Positions 9,580 through 18,166 of a stretch of 64,000 bases of DNA are shown here, one piece after another. Each line of letters opens with the position of its first letter. Positions within the stretch are counted from its first letter, which is position 1. This DNA comes from Armatimonadota bacterium (GTDB taxonomy: Bacteria > Armatimonadota > UBA5829 > DSUL01). The notes beneath the pieces are model-generated. The model was not told the origin of the DNA and ran no database searches. It saw only the letters and a list, made by a program, of their open reading frames with translations. A program made the translations under genes and the position numbers. The DNA lies in contig JBDHZC010000002.1 of NCBI GenBank assembly GCA_039811685.1, positions 192,001 through 256,000 on the forward strand. The letters run 5' to 3'.

Positions 9580-10389
9580 GTGAGTCACTTGAGCGCTATT
9601 GGGCTGCCAGTTGGCAGCCAGGACGAATTTCGGCAACTGACGTACCAGGCCTACAAGAACGGCCGGCCCGTGGAGTCACCTTCGGGTGGATATGTGACGT
9701 GGAGCCCGTCCCCCGGTGTCCAACTCTGGGTTGAGCTGAACACTGAGCGCGCTATTGTTGGGTGCAATCCGCATTTCTGCGGCTCCGGGAGCATTCGAGT
9801 GGGCGTCGCCCAGCATTATACGGGGTACGCAACACCGCTTGAAGGCCGCATATACGGCTGGGTGGAGCCGATAGAAGGATACGTGGATATCGGGCTGTAC
9901 CCGGTCGTCATCGATTTTCCAGACTGGGACGTGTCAAAGGACCGCCTTCCCGTTGGCGAGGTGGCGAACATTCAGGTCTCGGCATTCGCGCACGAGCTCT
10001 ACTGCTATCCTAACGACGGCGCTTTTGAGATGGCGCAGACTCAAGATCTGAAGTGGGCGCCCGAGTCGTTTGTTCTCAGCGGCGGATGTGACAGCTCCGA
10101 ATCAGACGGCGCGCCTCCGGTTCCCGAGGCGATCTTCGCCGGGCACGTGCAGACGTCAGAGCTCCGGCGCAACAAAGCCACTCGCGAAGTCTTCCGCTAT
10201 CTGACTGTCAAGACGCTGGGGGGTATTTATGACGTTGTAGCGGATCCGTCCGTCGTCCAGGGTGAACCCATTGAAGGCGGCGTTGTGCAGGGATCGTTCT
10301 GGTTGAGCGGTCGCCTGGCGCGGGAGGAAGCGAAGTCCGCAAGCGCCAGCCCACTGCTGGAGCGACTGCGAAAATGCGTGGGCGGTTGA
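9580..10389 (+). CDS. Hypothetical protein (269 aa)
   Basis: Long ORF with globular, beta-rich composition and AAGG upstream of the GTG; no functional motif recognised. Confidence 0.75.
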   Translation: MSHLSAIGLPVGSQDEFRQLTYQAYKNGRPVESPSGGYVTWSPSPGVQLWVELNTERAIVGCNPHFCGSGSIRVGVAQHYTGYATPLEGRIYGWVEPIEGYVDIGLYPVVIDFPDWDVSKDRLPVGEVANIQVSAFAHELYCYPNDGAFEMAQTQDLKWAPESFVLSGGCDSSESDGAPPVPEAIFAGHVQTSELRRNKATREVFRYLTVKTLGGIYDVVADPSVVQGEPIEGGVVQGSFWLSGRLAREEAKSASASPLLERLRKCVGG

Positions 10390-10426
10390 GGCGCGCTAAC
10401 CCGAGTTTCGATAACAGCCCGCGCAC

Positions 10427-12421
10427 TTACTTGAAACTCGGCAGAATAATGCCCCGCATGATGATGTTCTGACAGAAAACGAAGATCAACAGAGTCGGGA
10501 TGGCTGCTATAGCCAGCGCCGCCATCACCACATACTGCGGTGACAGAAGCTGGAGCTCATACAGCCACACCATAATCGTCCACATCTTCGGATCCTGGCA
10601 CACCAGGAACGCAAACATGAAATTGCCGTAAGCTACGGTGAAGCTGGACAGCGCGATGACCGCCAGGACAGGCTTTGAGAGCGGCACAGTGATCTGCCAG
10701 AACATCCGCCCTTCGCTTGCCCCGTCTATAATCCCCGCCTCGTAGAGCTCTCTGGGCAGACTGTCGAAGAATCCTTTCAGCAGGAAGATGCTGTACCCAC
10801 TCGCCACTCCGGGCAGAATCAGCGCTGCAAAGGTGTTGAGCAAATTCAGATTCTTCAACAGTAGAAACGATGGGATCATCGCGACTTCCGCTGGGAACGC
10901 CATGGTCGCCAGGAGAAACAGAAGCACCCGGTGTCCGTAGCGCAGGTTGTAGCGGCTGAGTGAGTAAGCGCACAGCGGATTGACAATCAGGTGCGTGGTA
11001 ATGGCCAGAAATACATAGAAAAAGGTATTGAACACGGCCCGGCCGTGGCGTCCAATATAGTCCCAGACCATCTGAAAGTTCGCCAGAGCGAAATACTTGC
11101 GCAAGGCAGCGGAATTGTTGAGCGTGTAGCTCCAGTCCTCAAGCTGAAAAGGCGGCACGGCCTCCGCTATTGAGTTGTAGTTGAGGCCGTACGCCCTGTT
11201 CAGCGCTTTCACAGACGAAAACTTCTTTTGAAGCCATGCCCTGTAGCGGTTTTCCGATCCGTCCGGATGGAGCGAACCGATGGGCGCCGGACCCGCAATG
11301 AAGTCCATCCAGTCTGTTAGAATCTGCCCTTCACTCGGTAGCTCACCTGGGAGCGGCACGGTGTCAAATGAGGAATACGGCCGCTGGTGAGCGATTTGAA
11401 GCTGCTGAAGGCCAGTGTAACGGGTCTTGAGAAACGCTCTCCAGGCTGGGGCAGCGGAGGCGTCTACGCGCATGAAGCGAAACGGAAGCTGTGTCCGTAC
11501 GAACTTCTCCCAATCTGCGCGCTCAGCGGGCGTAGCCGGCATGGCTTCGGGCAGGTGAATCTCACTGAAGTAGCCGTACTGTGTGCCCCACGCCTTGTTC
11601 AGCGCGTGGATGTCGTCCTCATACTGGTCCTGACTCAGAAACTCTTGAAAGATCGGATCTACGCGCACGACCAGTTTGAAGCGCTGCGGAGCCTGCGCCT
11701 TGAACACCTTCCACTCCCGCATTTTGCGTGTGTCATCCAGGTTCCATTCCCGCTTTGTCTCCCGCTCCATCGGCGTCAGAACACTGGCGAAGGAGGTATT
11801 TTCTTCTCCGTAAGCTGCATTCAACCGATTTATCGTCCCATAGCGCTTCTCCAGCCATGCTCGGTACAAATCCAGCAGGCGGCTTGGCGCGCTGGCGGGA
11901 GCGGCAGGGCGCCCGGCGTATCCGGCGACAACAAAGCGTCCGGGCAGAGCGGCGCTGAAGCGTCGCCAGTCAGCGAGTTGTCTGCGCGCTTCAGGTGAGT
12001 GCGGGTTTACCGGGGGGAGTCGTAACGGATTCAGTCCACGCGTTTGTCCCTGAAAATAGTTGACGGAGCCGTTCCACATCTGTACAACTGCCTTTGCAGC
12101 GGAGTTTTCTGGCCACACCTGAGGGGGTACGACGGCCTGCAGGTTGGCCCAGTCTGTTCCGTAACGCTCATTGATGCGGACCATATCACCGCTGTAGCGA
12201 ATCTCCACCTCTTTTGCGAACAGTGCAGTGACGTCGTACAGATAGCGGGGGACAGGACGGTAATCGGAGTAGTCGGCCTCACTGGAGACGCTGGCGCCAA
12301 TCATCAGGAGGAACGGATACACCATCGTCACCGCGCCAAGGGTGAGGATGACGTACATCAGCGCGATACCCAGCCTGACCTTCCACGACCGCCTCCCAAC
12401 AGCAGGGATGATGCCCGACAT
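10427..12421 (-). CDS. Carbohydrate ABC permease (MalG-like) with a roughly 400-aa repeat-containing extracytoplasmic loop
   Basis: N-terminal TM 'MVYPFLLMIGAS'; C-terminal BPD_transp_1 core with EAA-type motif 'ELYEAGIIDGAS'; loop holds five 'RxWLxxxY...LNxAYG...F...P...DWxxF' repeats. Confidence 0.9.
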   Translation of the reverse strand: MSGIIPAVGRRSWKVRLGIALMYVILTLGAVTMVYPFLLMIGASVSSEADYSDYRPVPRYLYDVTALFAKEVEIRYSGDMVRINERYGTDWANLQAVVPPQVWPENSAAKAVVQMWNGSVNYFQGQTRGLNPLRLPPVNPHSPEARRQLADWRRFSAALPGRFVVAGYAGRPAAPASAPSRLLDLYRAWLEKRYGTINRLNAAYGEENTSFASVLTPMERETKREWNLDDTRKMREWKVFKAQAPQRFKLVVRVDPIFQEFLSQDQYEDDIHALNKAWGTQYGYFSEIHLPEAMPATPAERADWEKFVRTQLPFRFMRVDASAAPAWRAFLKTRYTGLQQLQIAHQRPYSSFDTVPLPGELPSEGQILTDWMDFIAGPAPIGSLHPDGSENRYRAWLQKKFSSVKALNRAYGLNYNSIAEAVPPFQLEDWSYTLNNSAALRKYFALANFQMVWDYIGRHGRAVFNTFFYVFLAITTHLIVNPLCAYSLSRYNLRYGHRVLLFLLATMAFPAEVAMIPSFLLLKNLNLLNTFAALILPGVASGYSIFLLKGFFDSLPRELYEAGIIDGASEGRMFWQITVPLSKPVLAVIALSSFTVAYGNFMFAFLVCQDPKMWTIMVWLYELQLLSPQYVVMAALAIAAIPTLLIFVFCQNIIMRGIILPSFK

Positions 12422-12427
12422 CTGTCT

Positions 12428-14926
12428 CTATTCTCCCTGCGCCGCCGAGAAGCGGATGTCTCGCAGGATACGCAGTTGGTACATTGTGAAACCGATGAGC
12501 ATACTTCCCATGATCCAGGCCGCCGCCGTGGCGTACCCAAACTTCAGATACATGAATGCGTTGAACCAGACCTCCAGCCCGATAGTGTGCGTAGCGTAGA
12601 GCGGGCCGCCGCCAGTCATAACGAAAATGTTCTCCATAGCCTTGAACGACCCGATGAAAGCACCCACCAGGTTGATGATGATAAGCGGTTTCAGAGTTGG
12701 CAGGGTGACCCGGAAAATCTTGGTGAAAACCCCCGCGCCGTCCACGTCCGCCGCCTCATACATGTCTTCTGGAATACCCTTCAGAGCCGCCAGGTAGATG
12801 ATGCTTCCCGGCCCGGCGCCAGCCCAGACAGCCGGAAGAATGACCCACGCCATCACAGCCAGCGGATGCTGCGAGTCATTGAGAAACTGGTAAGGCTCCT
12901 TCATGCCGCCAAACGGGGCGAGCATAAACGACAGCAGCGAATTGAACAGGCCCTGAAATGTCGGGTCGTAAAACCACTTCCACAAAAAGAGAATGATAAT
13001 GCCACTTGTGACCGCTGGCAGATAGTACAGCGTACGGAACAGCATCTTGCCCCGTGGAATTTCGTTGAGAAGAAGCGCGAGAAAGATCGGAATGAAAAAG
13101 CCCATCCCGAGAGTCATCGCCGTGTAGAGAAAGCTGTTTTTGAGTCCGATCCAGAACTCCTGACGCCCGAAGGCTTCGATGAAGTTGTCCAGACCCACCC
13201 ACCGGCTGACTCCGATGACCATATAATCCTGGAAGGCCATGATCATTCCGCGCACCAGCGGGTAATAAGCCCAGACGGCGATGGACAGAACCGCCGGCAA
13301 CATGAAAAACCAGGCAATCGCATGCGTTTTCCACCCGCCCCGCGCGGCGATCTGGGAGTCCAGCGCCCCCTCAGAGTGGGCCGCAGCCAGTGTGCGCACC
13401 TGCCGCACTCCGACAAGGGCCACCGTAGTCAGCAGAAAAGCCACCACAACCCAGGCGATCGTCCGCTTTCGGCGCATTTCCTCAGGGGGGGTGTAGTTCA
13501 GGAGCTTCGCGTCGATTTTGGAGGCGGCATCCGCTAGAATGCGCCTTGCGGACATGTTCGGAAACGCCTCAGCGCGCTCCAGAGGCTCGTCCAGCAGCGC
13601 ATAAATCATCTGGCAGTTTTCACCGTGAGGCTCGGGGCGACCCCACTTGAAAGCGTTTTCGTTAGCCTCCACCCACTGCTTCGGAACTTCCTTCAGATAT
13701 TCGCTGTAGCCGTACTTCTTGAGAAGTGGCGGGTTTACGAACTTGGCCATCCCTGCTTCGACAAAGGCCTTCGTGCGCAGCCTCTCCGCTTCTTCAGAGC
13801 GCTGAAACTTAATGAACTCCCACGCCATGTCGCGCACGCGTTTATCCTTGATCAGCGCATTGATCCCCCACATGCTCGCGTTGATCTCGTTGGCGTGTCC
13901 GGCCGGGCCTGCAGGCAGCGCGCTGATGCCTATCAGGCTTGGATTCTGGGTGGAGTTGCCATTGGTGACTGTTTCCGAGAGATACCCCATCCACATCCCG
14001 ACTTTGCCACGGTCAATGTAGGACACGGGATCGGTGGTGCGGATTGAGACGCCCTTGACGGGTTTGCCATCCCGCTCCCAGAGCCCGATGCGCATCTTGC
14101 GGTAAAAGTTGAGCGCTTCGACGCCGGCGGGTGTGTCAAAGGCCGCGCGCCACTGGCCCGAGGCGTCTCTCGCGACAACATCCGCCCCAGCCTGCCACAA
14201 AAAGTCTGTCCAGTGATAGGAAGTCCCGTGAGGCGTTCCGTACCAGAGAAATCCAAACTGTCCTTTGGAGGGGATTGTGAGCTTCTGGCAGTATTCGTAG
14301 AACTCTTCCCACGTGCGCGGGCCGCGGTTCGGGTTGATGCCTGCCTCCTTGAACAGGTCTTTGCGATAATACAACGCCATCACCCACTGCTGAAACGGCA
14401 TGCTGTAGATCTTGCCATTCAGGGTGATGACCTCCATCACCTTGGAGTTGATCCCCTCCAGGACCTTAGGATCGCGCGCGACGTACTCGTTCAGAGGGTA
14501 GAGAAAGCCCTGTTTGACATAGCTTTCAAGCTGGCGGAAGTTCACGTAGAAGACGTCCGGCGCTGTGCCACCAGCCATGGACATCAGGAATCCGGATTCG
14601 GCCGCCTGCCCCTGAAGTTGAATCCCGCTGGCCGGCGCCACTTCCACATTCGGGTGAAGCTGGAGAAAGCGTTCGTACACCGCTCTTCTGGCCCTGTTCC
14701 ATGGGTCGGAAGCGTCCTTCTGCGGAATAGCTGCCCAGGTCGTCGTGCCCGTGCTCAGACGCAGCATTACCTTTGGTTCGCCGAGCGCCCGGGCGGCGCT
14801 ACAGATGAGGACAGAAAAGCAAGCCAGAAGCCCCACCCAGACGCGCAAAGCTTTGCGCGCCGCGGCGCTGCGCAAGTGCAGAGTGTTGACTCGAGTTGTC
14901 GGCATTCTGGTGAATAGACCCGGCAC
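12428..14926 (-). CDS. Fused extracellular solute-binding protein + carbohydrate ABC permease (MalF-like)
   Basis: Signal-like N-terminus, SBP_bac_1-type region ('GGTAPDVFYV', 'LYYRKDLFKEAG', 'PRTWEE'), then permease with 'MYEAADVDGAG'. Exact start uncertain. Confidence 0.9.
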   Translation of the reverse strand: MPGLFTRMPTTRVNTLHLRSAAARKALRVWVGLLACFSVLICSAARALGEPKVMLRLSTGTTTWAAIPQKDASDPWNRARRAVYERFLQLHPNVEVAPASGIQLQGQAAESGFLMSMAGGTAPDVFYVNFRQLESYVKQGFLYPLNEYVARDPKVLEGINSKVMEVITLNGKIYSMPFQQWVMALYYRKDLFKEAGINPNRGPRTWEEFYEYCQKLTIPSKGQFGFLWYGTPHGTSYHWTDFLWQAGADVVARDASGQWRAAFDTPAGVEALNFYRKMRIGLWERDGKPVKGVSIRTTDPVSYIDRGKVGMWMGYLSETVTNGNSTQNPSLIGISALPAGPAGHANEINASMWGINALIKDKRVRDMAWEFIKFQRSEEAERLRTKAFVEAGMAKFVNPPLLKKYGYSEYLKEVPKQWVEANENAFKWGRPEPHGENCQMIYALLDEPLERAEAFPNMSARRILADAASKIDAKLLNYTPPEEMRRKRTIAWVVVAFLLTTVALVGVRQVRTLAAAHSEGALDSQIAARGGWKTHAIAWFFMLPAVLSIAVWAYYPLVRGMIMAFQDYMVIGVSRWVGLDNFIEAFGRQEFWIGLKNSFLYTAMTLGMGFFIPIFLALLLNEIPRGKMLFRTLYYLPAVTSGIIILFLWKWFYDPTFQGLFNSLLSFMLAPFGGMKEPYQFLNDSQHPLAVMAWVILPAVWAGAGPGSIIYLAALKGIPEDMYEAADVDGAGVFTKIFRVTLPTLKPLIIINLVGAFIGSFKAMENIFVMTGGGPLYATHTIGLEVWFNAFMYLKFGYATAAAWIMGSMLIGFTMYQLRILRDIRFSAAQGE

Positions 14927-15152
14927 ATGTCTTCACACACATATACCAGGGGTTGACAAAACTACGCGCGGATAGTCCCTACGAGACAGCCACGATGGGA
15001 CAATGATAAAGGATTTCTCGCTTTAGATGCCGGGTTCCTTCAATTCGGAGCGCATGGCGGAACGGCTCCGTGAGCCATTAGCGAGGCGGAGCGTACAAAA
15101 CAGCCTGGCAGCCAGCGACGCGACAGCGCTGCGTCCGTACCCTCAGCCCGGT

Positions 15153-16175
15153 TCATGGGCCGACAAGCTGGCGAACGAGCAGGTAGCTGAGAGCTCCCAA
15201 CAACGCGCAGACCGGCAGGGTCATCAGCCAGGCTGCGACAATCTGGCGGATAATCCCCCAGCGCACGCCCTTCAGGTTCTTCGCGGCGCCCACGCCCATT
15301 ACAGCCGAGGAAATCACGTGCGTTGTGGAGACAGGGGCATGCACGTGGGTAGCCAGCATAATCACTGTCGCCGCAGAGGTCTCCGCCGCGAAACCATGCA
15401 CGGGCTGGAGTCCGATCACCTTGCGCCCAACGGTCTTGATGATACGCCACCCGCCGCCAGCCGTTCCAAGAGCCATCGCGGCGGCGCACGATAGCTTCAC
15501 CCACAAAGGAACGCTAAAGACCGGCGAAGGAGCGGTGCTGAGACTCATCAGCGCAAGTGTGATGACGCCCATCGATTTCTGAGCGTCGTTTGCCCCATGT
15601 GAAAATGCCATCACCGCAGCGGACACAGCCTGCACTTTCAAAAACCACTTGTTCAGACGGCTTGGCGGTTTGTTGCAGAACAGCCAGGCGATGATCACCA
15701 TAGAGAAGACGCCAATGAGGAAGCCGAGTATGGGCGAGAGGATCAGCCACGTGATGATATGCCCGAGTCCCGCGTAGCTCCAGTTGAGCGCGTGAACGCC
15801 GTGCGAAGCGGCGACTGCCGCGCCCGCCAGCGCGCCTATGAGCGCGTGACTGGAGCTGCTGGGCAGGCCCCGGTGCCACGTGACCAGATTCCACGCGATA
15901 GCGCCAATTAGCGCAGACAGCACCAGCAGTTGGTAATCGTGGTACTTGGAGGTATCAATAATGCCAGTGCCCATTGCCTTCGCGACACCAGTCCACAGAA
16001 TGGCTCCAACAAAGTTCGCAATGGCTGCCATGATGATGGCGGTGCGCACACTCAGCGCCTTCGTCAGAACACTGGTGGCAATAGCATTGGCTGTGTCGTG
16101 AAAACCATTAATGAAGTCGAAAATCAGAGCCAGGACGACGACGCAGCCGATGACGATGAGTGCGGGATCAGGCAT
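15153..16175 (-). CDS. pit: Inorganic phosphate transporter, PiT family
   Basis: Signatures 'NGFHDTANA', 'PSSSSHA', 'HGANDAQK', 'PVSTTH'. Confidence 0.95.
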   Translation of the reverse strand: MPDPALIVIGCVVVLALIFDFINGFHDTANAIATSVLTKALSVRTAIIMAAIANFVGAILWTGVAKAMGTGIIDTSKYHDYQLLVLSALIGAIAWNLVTWHRGLPSSSSHALIGALAGAAVAASHGVHALNWSYAGLGHIITWLILSPILGFLIGVFSMVIIAWLFCNKPPSRLNKWFLKVQAVSAAVMAFSHGANDAQKSMGVITLALMSLSTAPSPVFSVPLWVKLSCAAAMALGTAGGGWRIIKTVGRKVIGLQPVHGFAAETSAATVIMLATHVHAPVSTTHVISSAVMGVGAAKNLKGVRWGIIRQIVAAWLMTLPVCALLGALSYLLVRQLVGP

Positions 16176-16240
16176 ACAGGGCGGCTTTCAAAGTCTTCGA
16201 ACACCTTAGTTCGGCCTGTCTCAATCGCCTCGTTGAGAAC

Positions 16241-16867
16241 TCAGGCGTTCTTGACAACAATACCTTCCAGAATGTGCGCGACATGCTCGCATTTGTCGAT
16301 CGCCTCTTCGAAATGGTCGTAAATCTCCCGCCATTTCATGGCTTCCAGAGGCTCCATAGCGCCGCTGAATATCTGCTTCAGAGCTTTGCGATTGATGCGG
16401 TCGCCTTCGTTCTCGAAGTCGTTCACACGCACGCAGGGGTCAAGAACTTTGCGTGTGTCGCGCAACTCACTCAGGTGTGAGACGGCTTTTTGCACCTCTT
16501 GTGTGGCCTGGAGAATCACATCGGCCATCTCTATTGCTTCAGATGTGGGCTCGGTGACAGCGTACAACACAAGGCGGTCACAGGCGGATTCGATGAAGTC
16601 CGTAATATCATCCAATCCGTCTGCCAGCGCGTGGATGTCTTCCCGATCGAGAGGGGTGATGAACGAGTCGTTCAGGCGCTTGAAGATGTCGTGAAGGATA
16701 AAGTCGCCCTCGTGCTCCGCTTCAACAGCTCGCGCGGACATTTCCGGGGCTTTGTTGAAGTCCTTCACCATCTCGTTGAGCACTTGAGCCGCCTTAACAG
16801 CGTTAGCCGCCGCACGGTCGAACAATTCGAAGAATTGCTCTTGACGCGGCATCAAGTGGAGTTTCAT
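16241..16867 (-). CDS. DUF47 / PhoU-like phosphate transport regulator
   Basis: 'EHEGD', 'FITPLDREDI', 'ENEGD', 'KWREIY...DKCE'; directly upstream of pit. Confidence 0.93.
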   Translation of the reverse strand: MKLHLMPRQEQFFELFDRAAANAVKAAQVLNEMVKDFNKAPEMSARAVEAEHEGDFILHDIFKRLNDSFITPLDREDIHALADGLDDITDFIESACDRLVLYAVTEPTSEAIEMADVILQATQEVQKAVSHLSELRDTRKVLDPCVRVNDFENEGDRINRKALKQIFSGAMEPLEAMKWREIYDHFEEAIDKCEHVAHILEGIVVKNA

Positions 16868-16953
16868 GTGGGAGCGACCTCCCCGAGCCCGGTTCTACGT
16901 ACACTCATGTCCACAAGAGTATACACCATTCCGGCCGGGCAGGCGTCAACTAA

Positions 16954-17451
16954 TCAGGCGGCTTTTTCCAACAGCGTTTCAGTTTCAGCAGGTGAAGCGA
17001 GGCTAAGGCTGACGCAAAGCTCAACCTTTCCGTACGCGCTGAGCAAAGGGATGACTAGAAACGCCCGGCAGCCCCCCGTTGGCACGCGCACTCCGCGCAA
17101 AGTCTCCCCAGCCGTAACAGTGGCCTCGATACTTGCGTTCGCAAACGCCTCCGTGGCCTGCGTGGAGAGGGTCTTTCCGAACTCGCCTAGAGCGCCGGAA
17201 GCCACAGCGTCCATTCTGTGCAGTTGCTGCCCAAGCAGTGATCCCGCAATCCGGGTGGCACTCACGGTGGACATTCCGTAGAGCGCAACTCCCGTAAGGG
17301 CGCCGCTTACATCCAGAGTGAGAGTGACCTGCTGAGAAGTGACAGTGGCGCGGCGCAGCGACAATGCCCCGCGCTGCGGAGTTTCTCCGGTAATTTTCTC
17401 AAGTGAATCAACGCCCGCCTGAAGAAATGGGACGACGTATTCCAGCTTCAT
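16954..17451 (-). CDS. CheX-like protein (catalytic E-x-x-N altered to E-x-x-K)
   Basis: 'MKLEYVVPF', 'VSGALTG', 'ALGEFGK', C-terminal 'LVIPLLSAYGKVELCVSL' follow the CheX pattern; downstream of flgD. Confidence 0.75.
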   Translation of the reverse strand: MKLEYVVPFLQAGVDSLEKITGETPQRGALSLRRATVTSQQVTLTLDVSGALTGVALYGMSTVSATRIAGSLLGQQLHRMDAVASGALGEFGKTLSTQATEAFANASIEATVTAGETLRGVRVPTGGCRAFLVIPLLSAYGKVELCVSLSLASPAETETLLEKAA

Positions 17452-17556
17452 AGGGTGTGTTCTGGTCGCAGTGTGAGACGCCAAGTGAGATTACCTCACC
17501 TGGATTATTCCGCACCCAGCGGCATTTTGGAGGCGACTGCGACTACTTGGACCAGA

Positions 17557-17979
17557 CTATCGCACTTCGACAACCCAGGACATCGGGAACTCTTGCTTGC
17601 CGATGCGCAGCACAGGCCCGTCTTTTCCCGCGAGAGCAACCGAATCCACGACTCCTACGGCCGGTTCTCCGTCTCCGCTCGGATCAAGGACACTCACGGT
17701 CTTGCCAATCAGCGATACCGCCTGCTGAGATTGCGCTGCCGTAGTGCTGGAGCTGAGCGCAGAGTCAATCGAGGACAGCTTTTCGACAGTCGTAAACTGC
17801 GCGAGCTGAGCGATGAACTCCTTGTCCTCCATCGGATTCATGGGGTCCTGATTCTGAAGTTGTGTTATGAGCAGCTTGAGGAACAGATTTTTGTCCGCCT
17901 GAATCTTGTCCGCGGCGCCAAGCTGTGTCGTGCCCGCTGTCTCGCCGGTTCCCTGTGTTGCTGTTATTGTTGATGCCAT
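17557..17979 (-). CDS. flgD: Flagellar hook-capping protein
   Basis: 'FLKLLITQLQNQDPMNPMEDKEFIAQLAQF', 'AVSLIGKTV'. Confidence 0.96.
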   Translation of the reverse strand: MASTITATQGTGETAGTTQLGAADKIQADKNLFLKLLITQLQNQDPMNPMEDKEFIAQLAQFTTVEKLSSIDSALSSSTTAAQSQQAVSLIGKTVSVLDPSGDGEPAVGVVDSVALAGKDGPVLRIGKQEFPMSWVVEVR

Positions 17980-18076
17980 AGCTGTTTTCTATCCGGTATT
18001 TGAACTAGACAATCTGATCCTGTCAGAGAGCGCGAATGAGTCTGCAGCGCCTGCCCCGCTTCCACGCCGAAATTTG

Positions 18077-18104
18077 TTATCTGCGCTTTCCGGGAGAGCT
18101 CTGA
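18077..18104 (-). promoter_or_regulatory. Possible sigma-28 promoter upstream of flgD
   Basis: Minus strand TCAG-N16-GCAGATAA; the -10 is 7/8 to GCCGATAA, the -35 is weak. Confidence 0.3.
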
Positions 18105-18166
18105 GAAACACTCTTCCGGGCCGCCAGCGCAAGGAGCTACTCCTTTTGAGCGATTGCCAGTAGCGC

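Noticed and set aside
9145..9636. 163-aa minus-strand ORF and 71-aa plus-strand ORF (9215-9430) in the glmM gap
   Set aside because: Arg/Ser-rich, unlike real proteins here, with no RBS or motif.
16918..16949. TTGACG/TATACT promoter for DUF47-pit (minus strand)
   Set aside because: The spacer is 20 bp, too long to call the pair; the -10 alone may be real.
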